A DNA stretch of 64,000 nucleotides from an uncultured Verrucomicrobiae bacterium. GTDB taxonomy: Bacteria > Verrucomicrobiota > Verrucomicrobiia > Chthoniobacterales > JAFAMB01. Both the position numbers and the translations under genes were made by a program. Position 1 is the first letter of the stretch. Every line of letters starts with the position of its first letter. The stretch is taken from the NCBI GenBank assembly GCA_963762565.1, contig CAVXLD010000012.1, forward strand, positions 416,001 to 480,000. Reading direction: 5' to 3'. Below the pieces are notes generated by a model. The model did no database searches, was not told where the DNA came from, and was given only the letters and a program-made list of their open reading frames with translations. Below, one piece after another: positions 46,896 through 57,524 of the stretch.

Positions 46896-48109
46896 TGTGC
46901 GGAGACTGGCGGCGGCGTCACTGGTCGGCGCACGAACTTCTGCGACCAATCGACTTTTGCCGTTGTTACCATCAAGAACGCCAAAGTTAATACGGAACCG
47001 ATTGCGATGGTCAACCCGCTGTAACCGTCAATAAAAAAGCTGTAACTAAACAGCACCATATACGCAATTTGCCCGCCAACCGCCCACAATGACAGCGTCC
47101 TCCCGGCGAACCCATAAATATAACCGCACACCAGTAACAAAGAAACCCCGGCCGCAATCAGGAAACTGGCATGTAGCGGTAGCACGTCCACTAGGTAAGC
47201 GAACAGTAGATGGAACGAAAAGAATCCGGCCGAGATGAAGAAAAAATTCATCGGATGAAGCGGCGCATTGCGCGTCATGGCCAAAACCAAAAAAACGGTG
47301 GCAAAGAAAAGCAGCGAAACCGGCGCATAAAAGCTGACTCGCTCGGCTACAGGTCCTGGGTTCAGTACATCCGGCATGCTCATCCCGATGGCTTGCGCAC
47401 CGATCACATCCGGATAGCTCCATTGCAGTTGCCAACCGGTTTCTGTTTGTGTTGCCTGAGTCGGAGAACCTGTCCCTTGCGGAAAGTTAATTTCTCGAAA
47501 ATCCGTGCGCATGGTCAGAACAAAATTATGGATCCGATTTCGGTTTTGGAAGTCATACGCCCACTGATCCAGGCCACGAGTTTTGAATGCGATCTTGAGG
47601 GTTCGCGATTTACCTGCAGGTACGATTATCCCGTCCGACAAGACGCCGCTTTCTGACGGGTTCACGAGCTCAGTGCGATCTCCAAGCACGAAGGACACAT
47701 CGTAACAGCCTCCGGCATTCTGCGGTAATCGAAATGCCACGTAGATCATTTGCTCAATCGGAGTCGGATTAGCAATTTCATAAACCCCGGCGAAATCGAC
47801 GGTATAAGTTCGAAACCAGAGCAGCCCTTTCTGCTTCGGCTCAGACATTAGATGAACGGTAACCTGTGAGTTGTCCGGACTGATCGCTTTCTTGCCGTCT
47901 TTACCGGTGGGGGACTCATACCATGCGTACGGATGCATCTGTTTAAGCGGCGCACCCCATCCGGCTTGAACCGCGTTGCTCAAAGTATCTGCAGCCTGAT
48001 TTGTGCGATAGACCAGCGCTGCGCCGAGCAATGCCCAGCCGATGCTAGTGCAAACAATGATAAAACCGATCGCTAACAGTTTAGGAAAAGAATAATTGGA
48101 GTTCTTCAT
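46892..48109 (-). CDS. creD: Inner membrane CreD-like protein
   Basis: C-terminal multi-TM region with LHPMNF, FHLLFAYL, LMVTTAKVDW; translationally coupled to creBC. Confidence 0.7.
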   Translation of the reverse strand: MKNSNYSFPKLLAIGFIIVCTSIGWALLGAALVYRTNQAADTLSNAVQAGWGAPLKQMHPYAWYESPTGKDGKKAISPDNSQVTVHLMSEPKQKGLLWFRTYTVDFAGVYEIANPTPIEQMIYVAFRLPQNAGGCYDVSFVLGDRTELVNPSESGVLSDGIIVPAGKSRTLKIAFKTRGLDQWAYDFQNRNRIHNFVLTMRTDFREINFPQGTGSPTQATQTETGWQLQWSYPDVIGAQAIGMSMPDVLNPGPVAERVSFYAPVSLLFFATVFLVLAMTRNAPLHPMNFFFISAGFFSFHLLFAYLVDVLPLHASFLIAAGVSLLLVCGYIYGFAGRTLSLWAVGGQIAYMVLFSYSFFIDGYSGLTIAIGSVLTLAFLMVTTAKVDWSQKFVRRPVTPPPVSAQ

Positions 48110-48160
48110 GAGATTTTAGATTTGGGACAAGATTGTGGGCGAGGCCGACTCGGTCGCCAC

Positions 48161-48611
48161 CCGTGGAGCGTTGCCTCGCTTGCGAGGCCGGAGGGGTCGC
48201 CACCCGTGGAGCGTTGCCTCGCTTGCGAGGCCGGAGGGGTCGCCACCCGTGGAGCGTTGCCTCGCTTGCGAGGCCGGAGGGGTCGCCACCCGTGGAGCGC
48301 TGCCTCGCTTGCGAGGCCGGAGGGGTCGCCACCCGTGGAGCGCTGCCTCGCTTGCGAGGCCGGAGGGGTCGCCACCCGTGGAGCGTTTCCTCGCTTGCGA
48401 GGCCGTGGTAAACAAGGGGGCGTTGTTCTGTAAAACCCCTGCCCGTGCTGCGCTCTATCGTCTGCCGATCGCGGTTGAGACTGTCTACCTCGCAAAAATG
48501 GAACGCGACGCAGTTCCCCAATTAAGGCGATATAGAGTGTTGATAGCGTCAGGCAGTGATCAATGATGTCCCGCTGCGCGCCACGGCCTCGCAAGCGAGG
48601 CAGCGCTCCAC
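48161..48611. repeat. Tandem array of 5 x 43 bp REP D units + partial sixth (48161-48405), paired with an inverted REP D at 48581-48611
   Basis: CCGTGGAGCG(T/C)TGCCTCGCTTGCGAGGCCGGAGGGGTCGCCAC at 48161, 48204, 48247, 48290, 48333, 48376. Confidence 0.97.
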
Positions 48612-48656
48612 AGTTCCGACCGATTTCGTTCCCGGCGATGACGACGATGACGACGT

Positions 48657-50363
48657 TCACGGCGTTGCCTGGGCTCCTTCCTTCCTCCGGTAGTAGACCT
48701 CAAGGTTAGGAGTTTCACCCCGCACCAGACGTTTCTTGAATACGATTGATGCCTTATCCCCTGAACTGGGCTCGACGTTTCCTTCAAATGCCGTCGCCTC
48801 GTAGGTATCAGGTAGAGAAAGGCGCCACTCCAGCTGTTCGATAAATAGCTGACTAGAAGGCAATGACAGTGCGAGTTTACCTTCCACCGGTTCGAACTTT
48901 GAACCACGCGCCGTGTAAGTAATCAGAATCTCAAGCGAGTTGGCTTTTCCCGAGTTAGCCGGAGGAGAGATAAACAGCTCCAGTTCGCCATCCGTTTTTA
49001 CGACTGGACTCGCCGGATTCGAGTTCACCTGACAATCCAGGAGAACACTTCCTGCCGGCAACCGGAAGCGCCAAGGGAACGCGCTCCGGTACTCGATCTT
49101 GAACCAGGCCTCACATTTCAACGAGCCGTCCAGAACGAGAGTAGTTTGATACCCGGCGGCTGAGATCCGGGCGTTGTCGGGTTTCAGCACGGGCAATAGC
49201 CGGGTCGACACCGCGATCGCGTTAGCGGAACGGATCGCGTAGAAATCTGGTGTTGCTAGCCTCGATTGAATCCAATACGGCAACTGCGCGACATCAGTGC
49301 CAGCTTGTCCGTTGTCGCTTTGCACGACGGTGCCGGGTAACGGCGCAATCACCGTCAGACTGGTTTGTGGATCGAGTTCTTGCCCGAAACGCGGATTCTC
49401 GATTTCCCAAGGCCGGCCGGGCTCAGGGTTGGGAAGCTCATAACGAACGCTGATGTTTCGATCGAGGACGCCGGCTGTTTCCCAGGTAAGAGCAATCTTT
49501 CTGCGACCTGATCCAGACATGCTGATCTGCGCGGGTTGAAGGTCAGGCCCTTCGATCTCCAGCTTTGAAGCGGTGACCGGTAATTCTGTCTCCGCGGCAA
49601 GACCGCTACCAGAGTGGCCGGACAGATGAATGTGACTTTCGACTTCAATAGTCTCGAAGGTCGGCTTGACGTAGGTTTGTGTAATCTGTGACCAGACGGT
49701 TGGGGACTCGGGATTCTCTGTGACGCAGACGATCTTGAGCTCGCTGCCGTTCGACGAAAGCGGCAAAAACCTGCTTGTATCGACCGGTTTGCCGTCAACC
49801 AGGATTCGTTTGCCGGGCGGTACGTTAGTAAACTCCAGTTGGCCGGAAGTAACGGGGAGCAGGCGAAGCGAGATTGGTTCTCCTTCGCAGAGTGCGCTTT
49901 GAATATCAAATTGGATCGTTACTTTGGTTAGTCCCGACCGGTTAGTTAAAAGACAAAGCTGTCCATCCCGGGGAAGTACGACCCCGTTTTCGCACGCCAC
50001 ATTTGTGATCGGCAAATCGAGACCAATGATCGGAACAAAGACCCACTTCGGCCCAAAGGTATTGATATCGAACACAGCTTCCCCGGATGGGTGTGCCGCA
50101 TCAAAAGACAATTTGATCTGAGCCCGGGTGACAGCGCCGGTGACATTCGGGGTATCCTCTTGCTTGGTAGCAGGTGTTGCCGCCTGTAGTAAGCGTTTGA
50201 ATTCCTGGTACGGAATCGTGACCTGTCCCGTGAGAATAGTACTAGAGTCGGAGCGAGGAGCTTCATCTCCAGAGGCTGACGCTACCGGAGTGAGCCAAAT
50301 AGCTGACACAAATAGAAGCAGACCCAATCGTGTGATCATCGATTCGGATTCTGAATCGTCCAT
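48657..50363 (-). CDS. Secreted hypothetical protein, beta-rich (start 50363 or 50339)
   Basis: Signal peptide MITRLGLLLFVSAIWLTPVASA; long ORF upstream of creD; extension to 50627 is repeat DNA. Confidence 0.75.
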   Translation of the reverse strand: MDDSESESMITRLGLLLFVSAIWLTPVASASGDEAPRSDSSTILTGQVTIPYQEFKRLLQAATPATKQEDTPNVTGAVTRAQIKLSFDAAHPSGEAVFDINTFGPKWVFVPIIGLDLPITNVACENGVVLPRDGQLCLLTNRSGLTKVTIQFDIQSALCEGEPISLRLLPVTSGQLEFTNVPPGKRILVDGKPVDTSRFLPLSSNGSELKIVCVTENPESPTVWSQITQTYVKPTFETIEVESHIHLSGHSGSGLAAETELPVTASKLEIEGPDLQPAQISMSGSGRRKIALTWETAGVLDRNISVRYELPNPEPGRPWEIENPRFGQELDPQTSLTVIAPLPGTVVQSDNGQAGTDVAQLPYWIQSRLATPDFYAIRSANAIAVSTRLLPVLKPDNARISAAGYQTTLVLDGSLKCEAWFKIEYRSAFPWRFRLPAGSVLLDCQVNSNPASPVVKTDGELELFISPPANSGKANSLEILITYTARGSKFEPVEGKLALSLPSSQLFIEQLEWRLSLPDTYEATAFEGNVEPSSGDKASIVFKKRLVRGETPNLEVYYRRKEGAQATP

Positions 50364-50419
50364 GTGAAGCGGATGTGAACGAGGCGCGAAAAGAAGGTGA
50401 AAATTAGCGAACCGGTTCC

Positions 50420-50600
50420 GGGAGGGCGCGCAGCCTGTCCGCCATAGCCTGGCATCAATCACGGTTTTTGCGAACAAAACTGGCGACGGCGGATCCCCGC
50501 GCGCCGCGGAAGCGCCACAATCCAAAAGGCGCATTCCCTTCCACAACGGCCACCGTCGTCGGCTTCGGTAACAACGGCGCGCGGGACTCGCGCCCTCCCC
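50420..50600. repeat. Family B REP doublet with an expanded 62 bp cassette E (50432-50493)
   Basis: GGGAGGGCGCGC[AGCCTGTCCGCCATAGCC...TGGCGACGGCGGA]TCCCCGCGCGCCGCG ... CGCGCCCTCCC. Confidence 0.9.
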
Positions 50601-50863
50601 TAACTGGCATCCGCGTAACAACCCCATAGTTCATCCGAACTACTAACAACGATTCTCTGGAGCCATCGACTGAGCGCGCGGGAGTGTTAGTCATTCTTCC
50701 TGCCAATACCACGCTTTCGACCGAGTTAGGCGATTTTGAAGGGAGGCTAAGCCACCGGCATGGATGCAACGCCATTATCGATCGAGAGCCAAAACCATAG
50801 CCACCAACAATGAGAATCAAGAGACTGTCCCTCCTTATTAGCGAGGTAGTTAGTAATACGCGC

Positions 50864-51967
50864 ATGCAGACCAAAACCTTTGGAAACTTTGCGCGCATCC
50901 TTGCCGTTGCCGCTGCTTTCACCATGCTACCGGCTCACCAAGTCCTGGCCTTTTCCGATAACCAGACCAGGGTTCTTCCGTTTCCTGCGCAAACGGTGTC
51001 AACCATTCCTTCGAATGGCGACGTCAATCCTTACGGCGTAGCCTTCGTTCCCAAAGGCTTTCCGACCGGAGGAACGTTGAATCCTGGCGATTTGCTAGTT
51101 TCGAACTTCAACGACTCCGCCAATATTCAAGGTACTGGAACCACAATCATCGACATTCCGTCCAGCGGGCAACCTTTTACATTTTTTCAAGGCGCCGCTC
51201 CTCTCGGTCTGAGTACGGGTTTGGCGGTTCTTAAGGCCGGATTTGTTTTAGTAGCGAACTGTCCTACCAATAATGCAGTGCCAGTGTCCGGCGCCCTGCC
51301 AGGTTCACTTCTGCTCCTCGACCGAAACGGAAACCTGCTGAATACCTACACCAGTAACGAGATCCAAGGTCCTTGGGACTTCTCGGTCTATGACCAAGGC
51401 GGCACCGTGTGGGTGTTTGTCTCTAATTCGATCAATGGGACGGTATCCCGTATCGAGCTAGTATTTGATGGTGGCAACTTTTCTATCAAAAGCACTGCCA
51501 CCATCGCATCCGGTTACACTCATCATGCCGATCCGGCGACATTTGAGGTTTCACCGACCGGATCTGCCTATGATCCCACGACCGGCATTCTCTATGTCGC
51601 TTCAACCGGTGATAACGCCGTTTACGCGATTGCCAACGCTCTCTTTGCTCGTGTTCCCCGGGGTATGGGCAAAGTTATCTATGCTGACCAGGTGCACCTG
51701 CATGGTGCCTTAGCCATGGTGTTCGGACCTAACGGCAATCTGCTCGTGAGTAACAGCGACGAGTTCAATGTGGATCCGAATCAGCCAAGTGAAATCGTAG
51801 AATTCACGGTGACCGGCCAATTCGTCGGCGAGATTTCTGTGGATCCGAATCTTGGCGGAGCATTCGGGCTAAAAGCGACAGGGGTGAACGATAATTCCTA
51901 CCGTTTTGCCGCTGTCGATGATAACGCGGTTAACGTAACTATCTGGACCCTGAACGCCGGCAACTAA
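50864..51967 (+). CDS. Secreted beta-propeller-like protein (NHL-like)
   Basis: Signal peptide ending VLA; GDVNPYGVAFVP, LVSNFN, GPWD, PTGSAYDP repeated blade-like segments. Confidence 0.7.
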   Translation: MQTKTFGNFARILAVAAAFTMLPAHQVLAFSDNQTRVLPFPAQTVSTIPSNGDVNPYGVAFVPKGFPTGGTLNPGDLLVSNFNDSANIQGTGTTIIDIPSSGQPFTFFQGAAPLGLSTGLAVLKAGFVLVANCPTNNAVPVSGALPGSLLLLDRNGNLLNTYTSNEIQGPWDFSVYDQGGTVWVFVSNSINGTVSRIELVFDGGNFSIKSTATIASGYTHHADPATFEVSPTGSAYDPTTGILYVASTGDNAVYAIANALFARVPRGMGKVIYADQVHLHGALAMVFGPNGNLLVSNSDEFNVDPNQPSEIVEFTVTGQFVGEISVDPNLGGAFGLKATGVNDNSYRFAAVDDNAVNVTIWTLNAGN

Positions 51968-52101
51968 GTTAGTCAGCCCAACTGTATTTAGACCACCGGA
52001 AGGCGTGTCCAAGAAGGAGTTCTTGGCACGCCTTTTGGCGTTCCGTATGCACCGGCCGACTCGCCCATTCGCCGTTTCGCCCATTCGCCCCTTTCGCCGA
52101 A

Positions 52102-52287
52102 CCGTGGAGCGCTGCCTCGCTTGCGAGGCCGTGGTAAGCAGCGGTGGTGACGTGGAAAACGCTTTGTCTGGCAACGCTCTTGTGCGGTGAGGGCGCAAAA
52201 ATCGCGACATAGAGCGCAACACAGGAAATAGCCGGACCTCGCGAGTTTCCCTTGCTACCCACGGCCTCGCAAGCGAGGCACGCTCCA
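52102..52287. repeat. Family D REP inverted doublet
   Basis: CCGTGGAGCGCTGCCTCGCTTGCGAGGCCGTGGT ... CCACGGCCTCGCAAGCGAGGCACGCTCCA. Confidence 0.9.
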
Positions 52288-52308
52288 TCATTGGCTATCG
52301 GCTATCGG

Positions 52309-54654
52309 CTATTCGCGCAGCGGCAGCCGCACCCCAATACTCGTCCCCTGGCCAACTACCGTGACCATCTCAAACCCCGCGCCCATGTTTTCCGCCCTGG
52401 CCTGCATATTGGATAAACCAAAACCGTCCCTGTCGGCGTCCCTAGGATTTGCGATCCCGGACCCATCATCGGTGATCTTTAAAAAAAGGTTAGCGGCATC
52501 AGCGCGCAGGCTGACCATGACGACCGTCGGTTTAGCATGCCGAACCGCGTTACTGATCGCTTCTTGAGCGATTCGCAGGAGATTTTCCTGGACCGTGGGC
52601 GGCAGAGTGTCTTCTGTCACCCCTTCTACGCTTAGCTCGCAACGCAACCGGCCGGGAATATTTGAACGCTCGGCTAACTTTTCCATTGCCCGAACCAAAC
52701 CGAATTCCTCGATTACGCTGGGTTGAAAGCTGAAAGCGGAGCGACGCGCTTCCGCTAATCCGAATTGGGCCAATTCAATTGCGCGTTCAACATAGTTCAG
52801 CGTGTTATTCCCACCTCGTTCCATCACCTTTTTGGCTGCTCCTAATTGCATGGAGATGCCCGTAAACAACTGAGCCAGGGAGTCATGGATCTCTCCTACC
52901 AGCTCGTTACGTTCCGCTAGAACAGCAGATTGTCGTGCCCCCTTGGCCAATCGGGTAAGTTGTATAGCCAGGCTAGCCTGAGTCGCCAGCGCCCTGGCGA
53001 TTTCGATTTCTTCGGGGCGGAATTCACGGTCTTCAGTGAACCGAAAGGTGACGCTGCCAACCAACTGTCCACCTAGATTCAAAGGTATCACTAGCGATGT
53101 CCTCGCACCCAAACCAAGCAGGTAAGTCCTGAATCGGTCAGGAATGTGAGTATTCGGGTCCAAAAGCCGGAGCACGCTAGCCGGCGGTTTCAGTAAATTG
53201 GCTTGGCGCTCATCGAGGGGAACCGTTCGCAATTCCACCGGATATTTGGCTTCCGCCGGGGTCATCACCCGGCCCTGCTGAAATACCAGGTCTAAGGTCA
53301 AAACGTTCTGCTCAAAGTCGCGCAACCTCAAGACAGACGAAGCGGCGCCCAGTTGCCGGGTCATAGCGCCCATGACTTGGCCCAAGAATTCGTCGAGTTC
53401 CGGCACCGAGGCCAACGCATCCAGGCATCCGCGGAGCGCCTCATTCGCTTTGGTAATTTCAGCTACCCGCTCCTGAGCTGCTTTTTCCTTTTCATTGGCT
53501 AAGGCAGTCAGCTGGGCTTGTTCAGCCAGTCTAGCTAGCTCAATTGCTAACGTCGCCTGTTGGGCCAACGAATGAGCGAATTCCAGGTCATCCTGGTCAA
53601 GTTCACGATGACTCGCTATTCGCACAGAGAGCGCACCCACGAGCTGCCGGCCAAAGACCAGGGGTATCAACAAAAGAGCCTGGATCCCGGAGCTGGAAAA
53701 GCGGGCTTGCTGGGCCGGGGTATATTTGAGCCGAGGATCGTGAACCGGGTCGTGATGCAGGAATGGCCGGTTCATCTGGAGCGCAATCCACTCGGGATCG
53801 TCCTTTTCCCAGATACGGGGTTCATGCGCGTTCGGGTGGTCTGCGTGTTCGGCTACCACGACATGCCCCTCCTCACAAACGGAATGCAAATGCGCTGCGC
53901 GTCGTTCAACGTCAATCAACCAGAGAGTAGATGAGTGACCTCCGAGCTGTTCCGTCAGCACCATTAAGACGTGATCAACGAAACTCTGCAGATGCTTGTC
54001 CCGGGCTAGAGCTTCCAGGCTGCGCCTGAGCACCTCATTTGCGCGGGAAAGCTTCAGCGCATGTTCCCGTGCCTCTTCCCTGGAGCGGAGAGCCGCCACC
54101 CCGTAAGCCAGATTATTCGCCAGGTCGGTGTAGTGTTCGATCGTGCTCTCATTAAAAGCATTCGTCTCTCCGGCATAGAGACTGAGGTTACCAATTCGTT
54201 TTCCGTGCGCGATCAACGGAAGGGCAATGCATGAAGCGTATCCGTGAGCGATAGCCTCAGCTCGCCAGGGAGCGATGGTAGGGTCGGTCTGGTTATCTTT
54301 GACCCAGTAAGGTTTACCGGTCCGGAGGGCGATCCCGGTTGGTCCACGTCCTCTTTCGGTTTCGTCGCTCCAGGAAATCTTGGCTTTTTCTACGTAGTCG
54401 CGGCCTTCACCGGCCATCGCCACCGGGCGAACCGTCTTTTCCTGGTCTTCTTCACAATGGCCGACCCAAGCTAACCGAAGCCCACCCACTTCCACTAAAA
54501 TTCGGCAAACGGACTGGAAAAGTTGCAGCTCGTTGTGGGCGTGGACCAGCGCATAGTTACACTGGTAAAGAGTCTTCAGAATACGATTCAGCCGGCCGAG
54601 TTCTTCCTCGTTGCTTGGACCCTTTTGCTTGGGATCGATGTCTGGTTTCGCCAT
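52309..54654 (-). CDS. Cytoplasmic multi-GAF sensor histidine kinase (HisKA_3, NarX/DegS type)
   Basis: ERNELVGEIHDSLAQ, QEAISNAVRHA, DDGSG, GFGLSNM; three GAF-like segments; no TM. Confidence 0.9.
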   Translation of the reverse strand: MAKPDIDPKQKGPSNEEELGRLNRILKTLYQCNYALVHAHNELQLFQSVCRILVEVGGLRLAWVGHCEEDQEKTVRPVAMAGEGRDYVEKAKISWSDETERGRGPTGIALRTGKPYWVKDNQTDPTIAPWRAEAIAHGYASCIALPLIAHGKRIGNLSLYAGETNAFNESTIEHYTDLANNLAYGVAALRSREEAREHALKLSRANEVLRRSLEALARDKHLQSFVDHVLMVLTEQLGGHSSTLWLIDVERRAAHLHSVCEEGHVVVAEHADHPNAHEPRIWEKDDPEWIALQMNRPFLHHDPVHDPRLKYTPAQQARFSSSGIQALLLIPLVFGRQLVGALSVRIASHRELDQDDLEFAHSLAQQATLAIELARLAEQAQLTALANEKEKAAQERVAEITKANEALRGCLDALASVPELDEFLGQVMGAMTRQLGAASSVLRLRDFEQNVLTLDLVFQQGRVMTPAEAKYPVELRTVPLDERQANLLKPPASVLRLLDPNTHIPDRFRTYLLGLGARTSLVIPLNLGGQLVGSVTFRFTEDREFRPEEIEIARALATQASLAIQLTRLAKGARQSAVLAERNELVGEIHDSLAQLFTGISMQLGAAKKVMERGGNNTLNYVERAIELAQFGLAEARRSAFSFQPSVIEEFGLVRAMEKLAERSNIPGRLRCELSVEGVTEDTLPPTVQENLLRIAQEAISNAVRHAKPTVVMVSLRADAANLFLKITDDGSGIANPRDADRDGFGLSNMQARAENMGAGFEMVTVVGQGTSIGVRLPLRE

Positions 54655-54659
54655 GCAGG

Positions 54660-55307
54660 CTAATCGATTTGAATTAACCCGCGTCCACTAGCGATAGCGA
54701 TCGCTTCGGTCCGACCGATTGCGTCCAATTTCTTTAGAATAGATCGGACATGGTTTTTCACCGTGAACTCGCTGATGTGGAGAGCCTGCCCTATCTCTTT
54801 GTTGCTTTTGCCGAGCGCCATTTGTTTAAGAATCTCAAGTTCGCGCTCGGATAGTTGAGGCTGCGCCATCGAATCGACTAACTTGGCAGCCAGATCTCGT
54901 GGGAGTGAAGACTTTCCGGAATAGACCTCCCGAATGGTGTCGCACACTTGCTCGGGTTCTGCCCCCTTGAGCAGATAGCTTTTCGCTCCCGCGGCCAGCG
55001 CCTTACGTAGGTCTTCAGCTTTGGCCGAGTGCGTCAAAATAATAATGCGGGGACGCGGCCTTTCCGACATCAGCTCAGTCACGACCTCGATCCCGTCTTT
55101 TTTCGGCATCCGCAAATCCAGGATCAGAATATCAGGAGAAAGTTGTCTATAGAGCCGGCAAGCATCATCGCCGTCGTGGGCTTGACCGACCACTTCTAGA
55201 TCTTTTTCAAGCTCAAGAATTGCAGTTAGTCCTTCTCGAACGACCGGGTGATCGTCCGCGATCAGGATCCGTATGCTGTTCTCCGAAGGGTCAGCGGAAG
55301 AGCTCAT
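54660..55307 (-). CDS. NarL/FixJ family response regulator
   Basis: ADDHPVVREG, LDLRMP, LSERELEIL, SNKEI, TVKNHV. Confidence 0.93.
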   Translation of the reverse strand: MSSSADPSENSIRILIADDHPVVREGLTAILELEKDLEVVGQAHDGDDACRLYRQLSPDILILDLRMPKKDGIEVVTELMSERPRPRIIILTHSAKAEDLRKALAAGAKSYLLKGAEPEQVCDTIREVYSGKSSLPRDLAAKLVDSMAQPQLSERELEILKQMALGKSNKEIGQALHISEFTVKNHVRSILKKLDAIGRTEAIAIASGRGLIQID

Positions 55308-55670
55308 AAATCGACCGAAAACAGCCCCTGGCAAAGGCCTTAACCGTGCCAGTAGTTAACACCTCTGTCGAGCAATCATATCGTTCTCATCCTCGTACGC
55401 TCTCATCGTACTCGTGCTCGAAATAATCCCTCTTCCCAAGATTATGATCTAGCCCGATTCCGAATTTCTCCCATCGTGCCACGCGTTTAGTCCGAGCCTA
55501 CCCAAAAATCTCGAGCACGAGGACGTCACGAAACCCGATTGGCTATTGGCTATCGGCTATTCGGAGCGAGCCTAAGCGAGTCTCCGTCGGCTAGTTCGAA
55601 AGAACCAAGAAGAACGGTTCTCCTGAGGCATCGATTACCCTCGCCCTGGTGGTAGCGTTTCGCCCACCAA

Positions 55671-56816
55671 ATGAAAACCTTCCTTTCTCAACTTGCCTCT
55701 TTAAACTCACCGCTTTGCGGTGGGGTTGCAGTCGGAACGCTTGCCAGCGATTGGGTAAACGCGGTCAAGAAAATTGTCTTTCTCGGTAGCCTGCTGGGAG
55801 CGCTGTCACCTGGGTTGGCTCAAACCGCAAATGCGCTGCCGCAAAACTTAGTGATCACGACAGTGAACGTCGGAAGTTACCCGATTGGCCTAGTGGTCAG
55901 CCCGGATAGCAGTACCGTTTACGTCGCGAACAGTAGTTCAGGCACGATTAGCGTGATCGACGCAGCGAACAATTATGCGATCAAAGCGACGATCACGTTA
56001 CCAACGAATACCTATCCCGAGTGTCTCGCGATTACTCCGGATGGAACTAAGCTGTACGCAACCAATCATGTGGAACAGGGAACCGTCTCGGTAATTGACA
56101 CCACCCAGCCGACTTATCCGGTCGTCGCGACCTTGAATGTTGGAGCCTACCCCTACGGCTTAGCCGTGACTCCCAATGGAATGGATCTCTGGGTGGCCAA
56201 CCAGGGGAGTACATATGGACAAATTCCAGGCACGATCTCCGTATTTGCTACCGCCACCGGTACTCTCCAGACGACGCTCGAACCTGGTGGGAATCCCTGG
56301 TTGCTCGCCTTTGCAAAACAAGGAGCACAAGCCGACGTGCTCAATTATGCTTCAACCGGCTTTATCCAATCCATCAATTCCACATCATGGACCGTTGGGC
56401 GTTCCGTTGGAGCGGCGGGCCAACTCATCTATCCCGATGGAATGACGACCAATGGCGGCTCGCTCTATATTACAGACGCTGCCAACTATGTCAGCGTGTG
56501 CAATGCGGGCGATGGCGTCCAGACGGTCCAGCTCTTAGCTGTACCGAACGTCTACGATGACTATGAACTGGGCCAACCTGCGGTCACAAAAAACGGAAAA
56601 TATCTTTATGTTCCGTATTATTATAACGCTGGGGCCGAGTCTGCCGGAAACCAGGTCGCCATACTTGAGCTGGCTACCGGCCAGCTCGTAGGTACACCGA
56701 TCACCGTCGGCGATTATCCGTATTGGACCCAGATTTCACCGAACGGACAAACCCTCTACGTCGTTAACGAGATATACGGCACCGGCTCCGTGACGGTGGT
56801 CAATATCACCCCTTAA
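55671..56816 (+). CDS. YncE/YVTN-type beta-propeller protein, secreted
   Basis: Repeats of VSPDxxxVYVAN, ITPDGxKLY, VTPNG, ISPNG. Confidence 0.8.
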   Translation: MKTFLSQLASLNSPLCGGVAVGTLASDWVNAVKKIVFLGSLLGALSPGLAQTANALPQNLVITTVNVGSYPIGLVVSPDSSTVYVANSSSGTISVIDAANNYAIKATITLPTNTYPECLAITPDGTKLYATNHVEQGTVSVIDTTQPTYPVVATLNVGAYPYGLAVTPNGMDLWVANQGSTYGQIPGTISVFATATGTLQTTLEPGGNPWLLAFAKQGAQADVLNYASTGFIQSINSTSWTVGRSVGAAGQLIYPDGMTTNGGSLYITDAANYVSVCNAGDGVQTVQLLAVPNVYDDYELGQPAVTKNGKYLYVPYYYNAGAESAGNQVAILELATGQLVGTPITVGDYPYWTQISPNGQTLYVVNEIYGTGSVTVVNITP

Positions 56817-57078
56817 CGAACGCCGGCAACGCTCCGGCAACCGCCGGACCGACAACGCCGGGAACGACGGAGATTCCCGGCGAAGACTGAGCCGCTTCGC
56901 CCGGGTCCTCCAGTCCAGCCTTGCGAAGTGCCGGAGGGTTTCGTCCGCTCCGTCCACTAAGTCCACTCCGTCCACTCGACCCGCCGATCTCCCCGTGCGC
57001 ATTCGCTATTTGCTATTTGCAATTCGAAGCGAGTTCGGCGGCTGCCTAGGCGGCTGCCGGACGAGTCTCCGAAGATGG

Positions 57079-57111
57079 AGCGGGGACCGCGCCCTCCACG
57101 CGGTCCCCGCT
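57079..57111. terminator. 13-bp perfect GC hairpin (terminator or solitary REP)
   Basis: AGCGGGGACCGCG-CCCTCCA-CGCGGTCCCCGCT; preceded by GGAG; T-run 9 nt downstream. Confidence 0.4.
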
Positions 57112-57524
57112 GCCGGGATGTTTTTGTAGCCTTGGGAGTTACAAAAACAGGAAAGGATCTAATCAGTAAAATCGACTCATTCGGTAAAGAAGACGGCAGA
57201 GTGGGGGAGCCGTTGGCATTGAATGCCCAGACTGAGACGGCAGGGGATAACTGCTTGAGCTTATTTAACGATCTGCCTGCCTTGCCGCTGATTTCGCTAA
57301 AAATAGTAAAAAGTTAACTCCTATTGGTTAATAATATCAGCCTTTTCCTCAAAAACAGCGAATCAATCGCAAACGCTGAACAACTTTTTCTTATCGGTAC
57401 GCCGTCGGCCATTAACCGATATCAATCCTTGTTCCAGAACTCAGAGGTCAGCGGATGTCTGAAGAAACTAACCAGACAGGCCCCTAGCCGTTACATAGGA
57501 TCGGGAAGGACCAAAGAAGGTCTA

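Noticed and set aside
48161..48405. CRISPR array
   Set aside because: Same reason: a pure tandem repeat of a dispersed REP unit
48081..48660. Several overlapping repetitive ORFs
   Set aside because: Translations of the 43 bp array; the unit is not a multiple of three
50364..50627. N-terminal extension of the 656 aa ORF
   Set aside because: Runs through a family B repeat; the signal peptide begins near 50339
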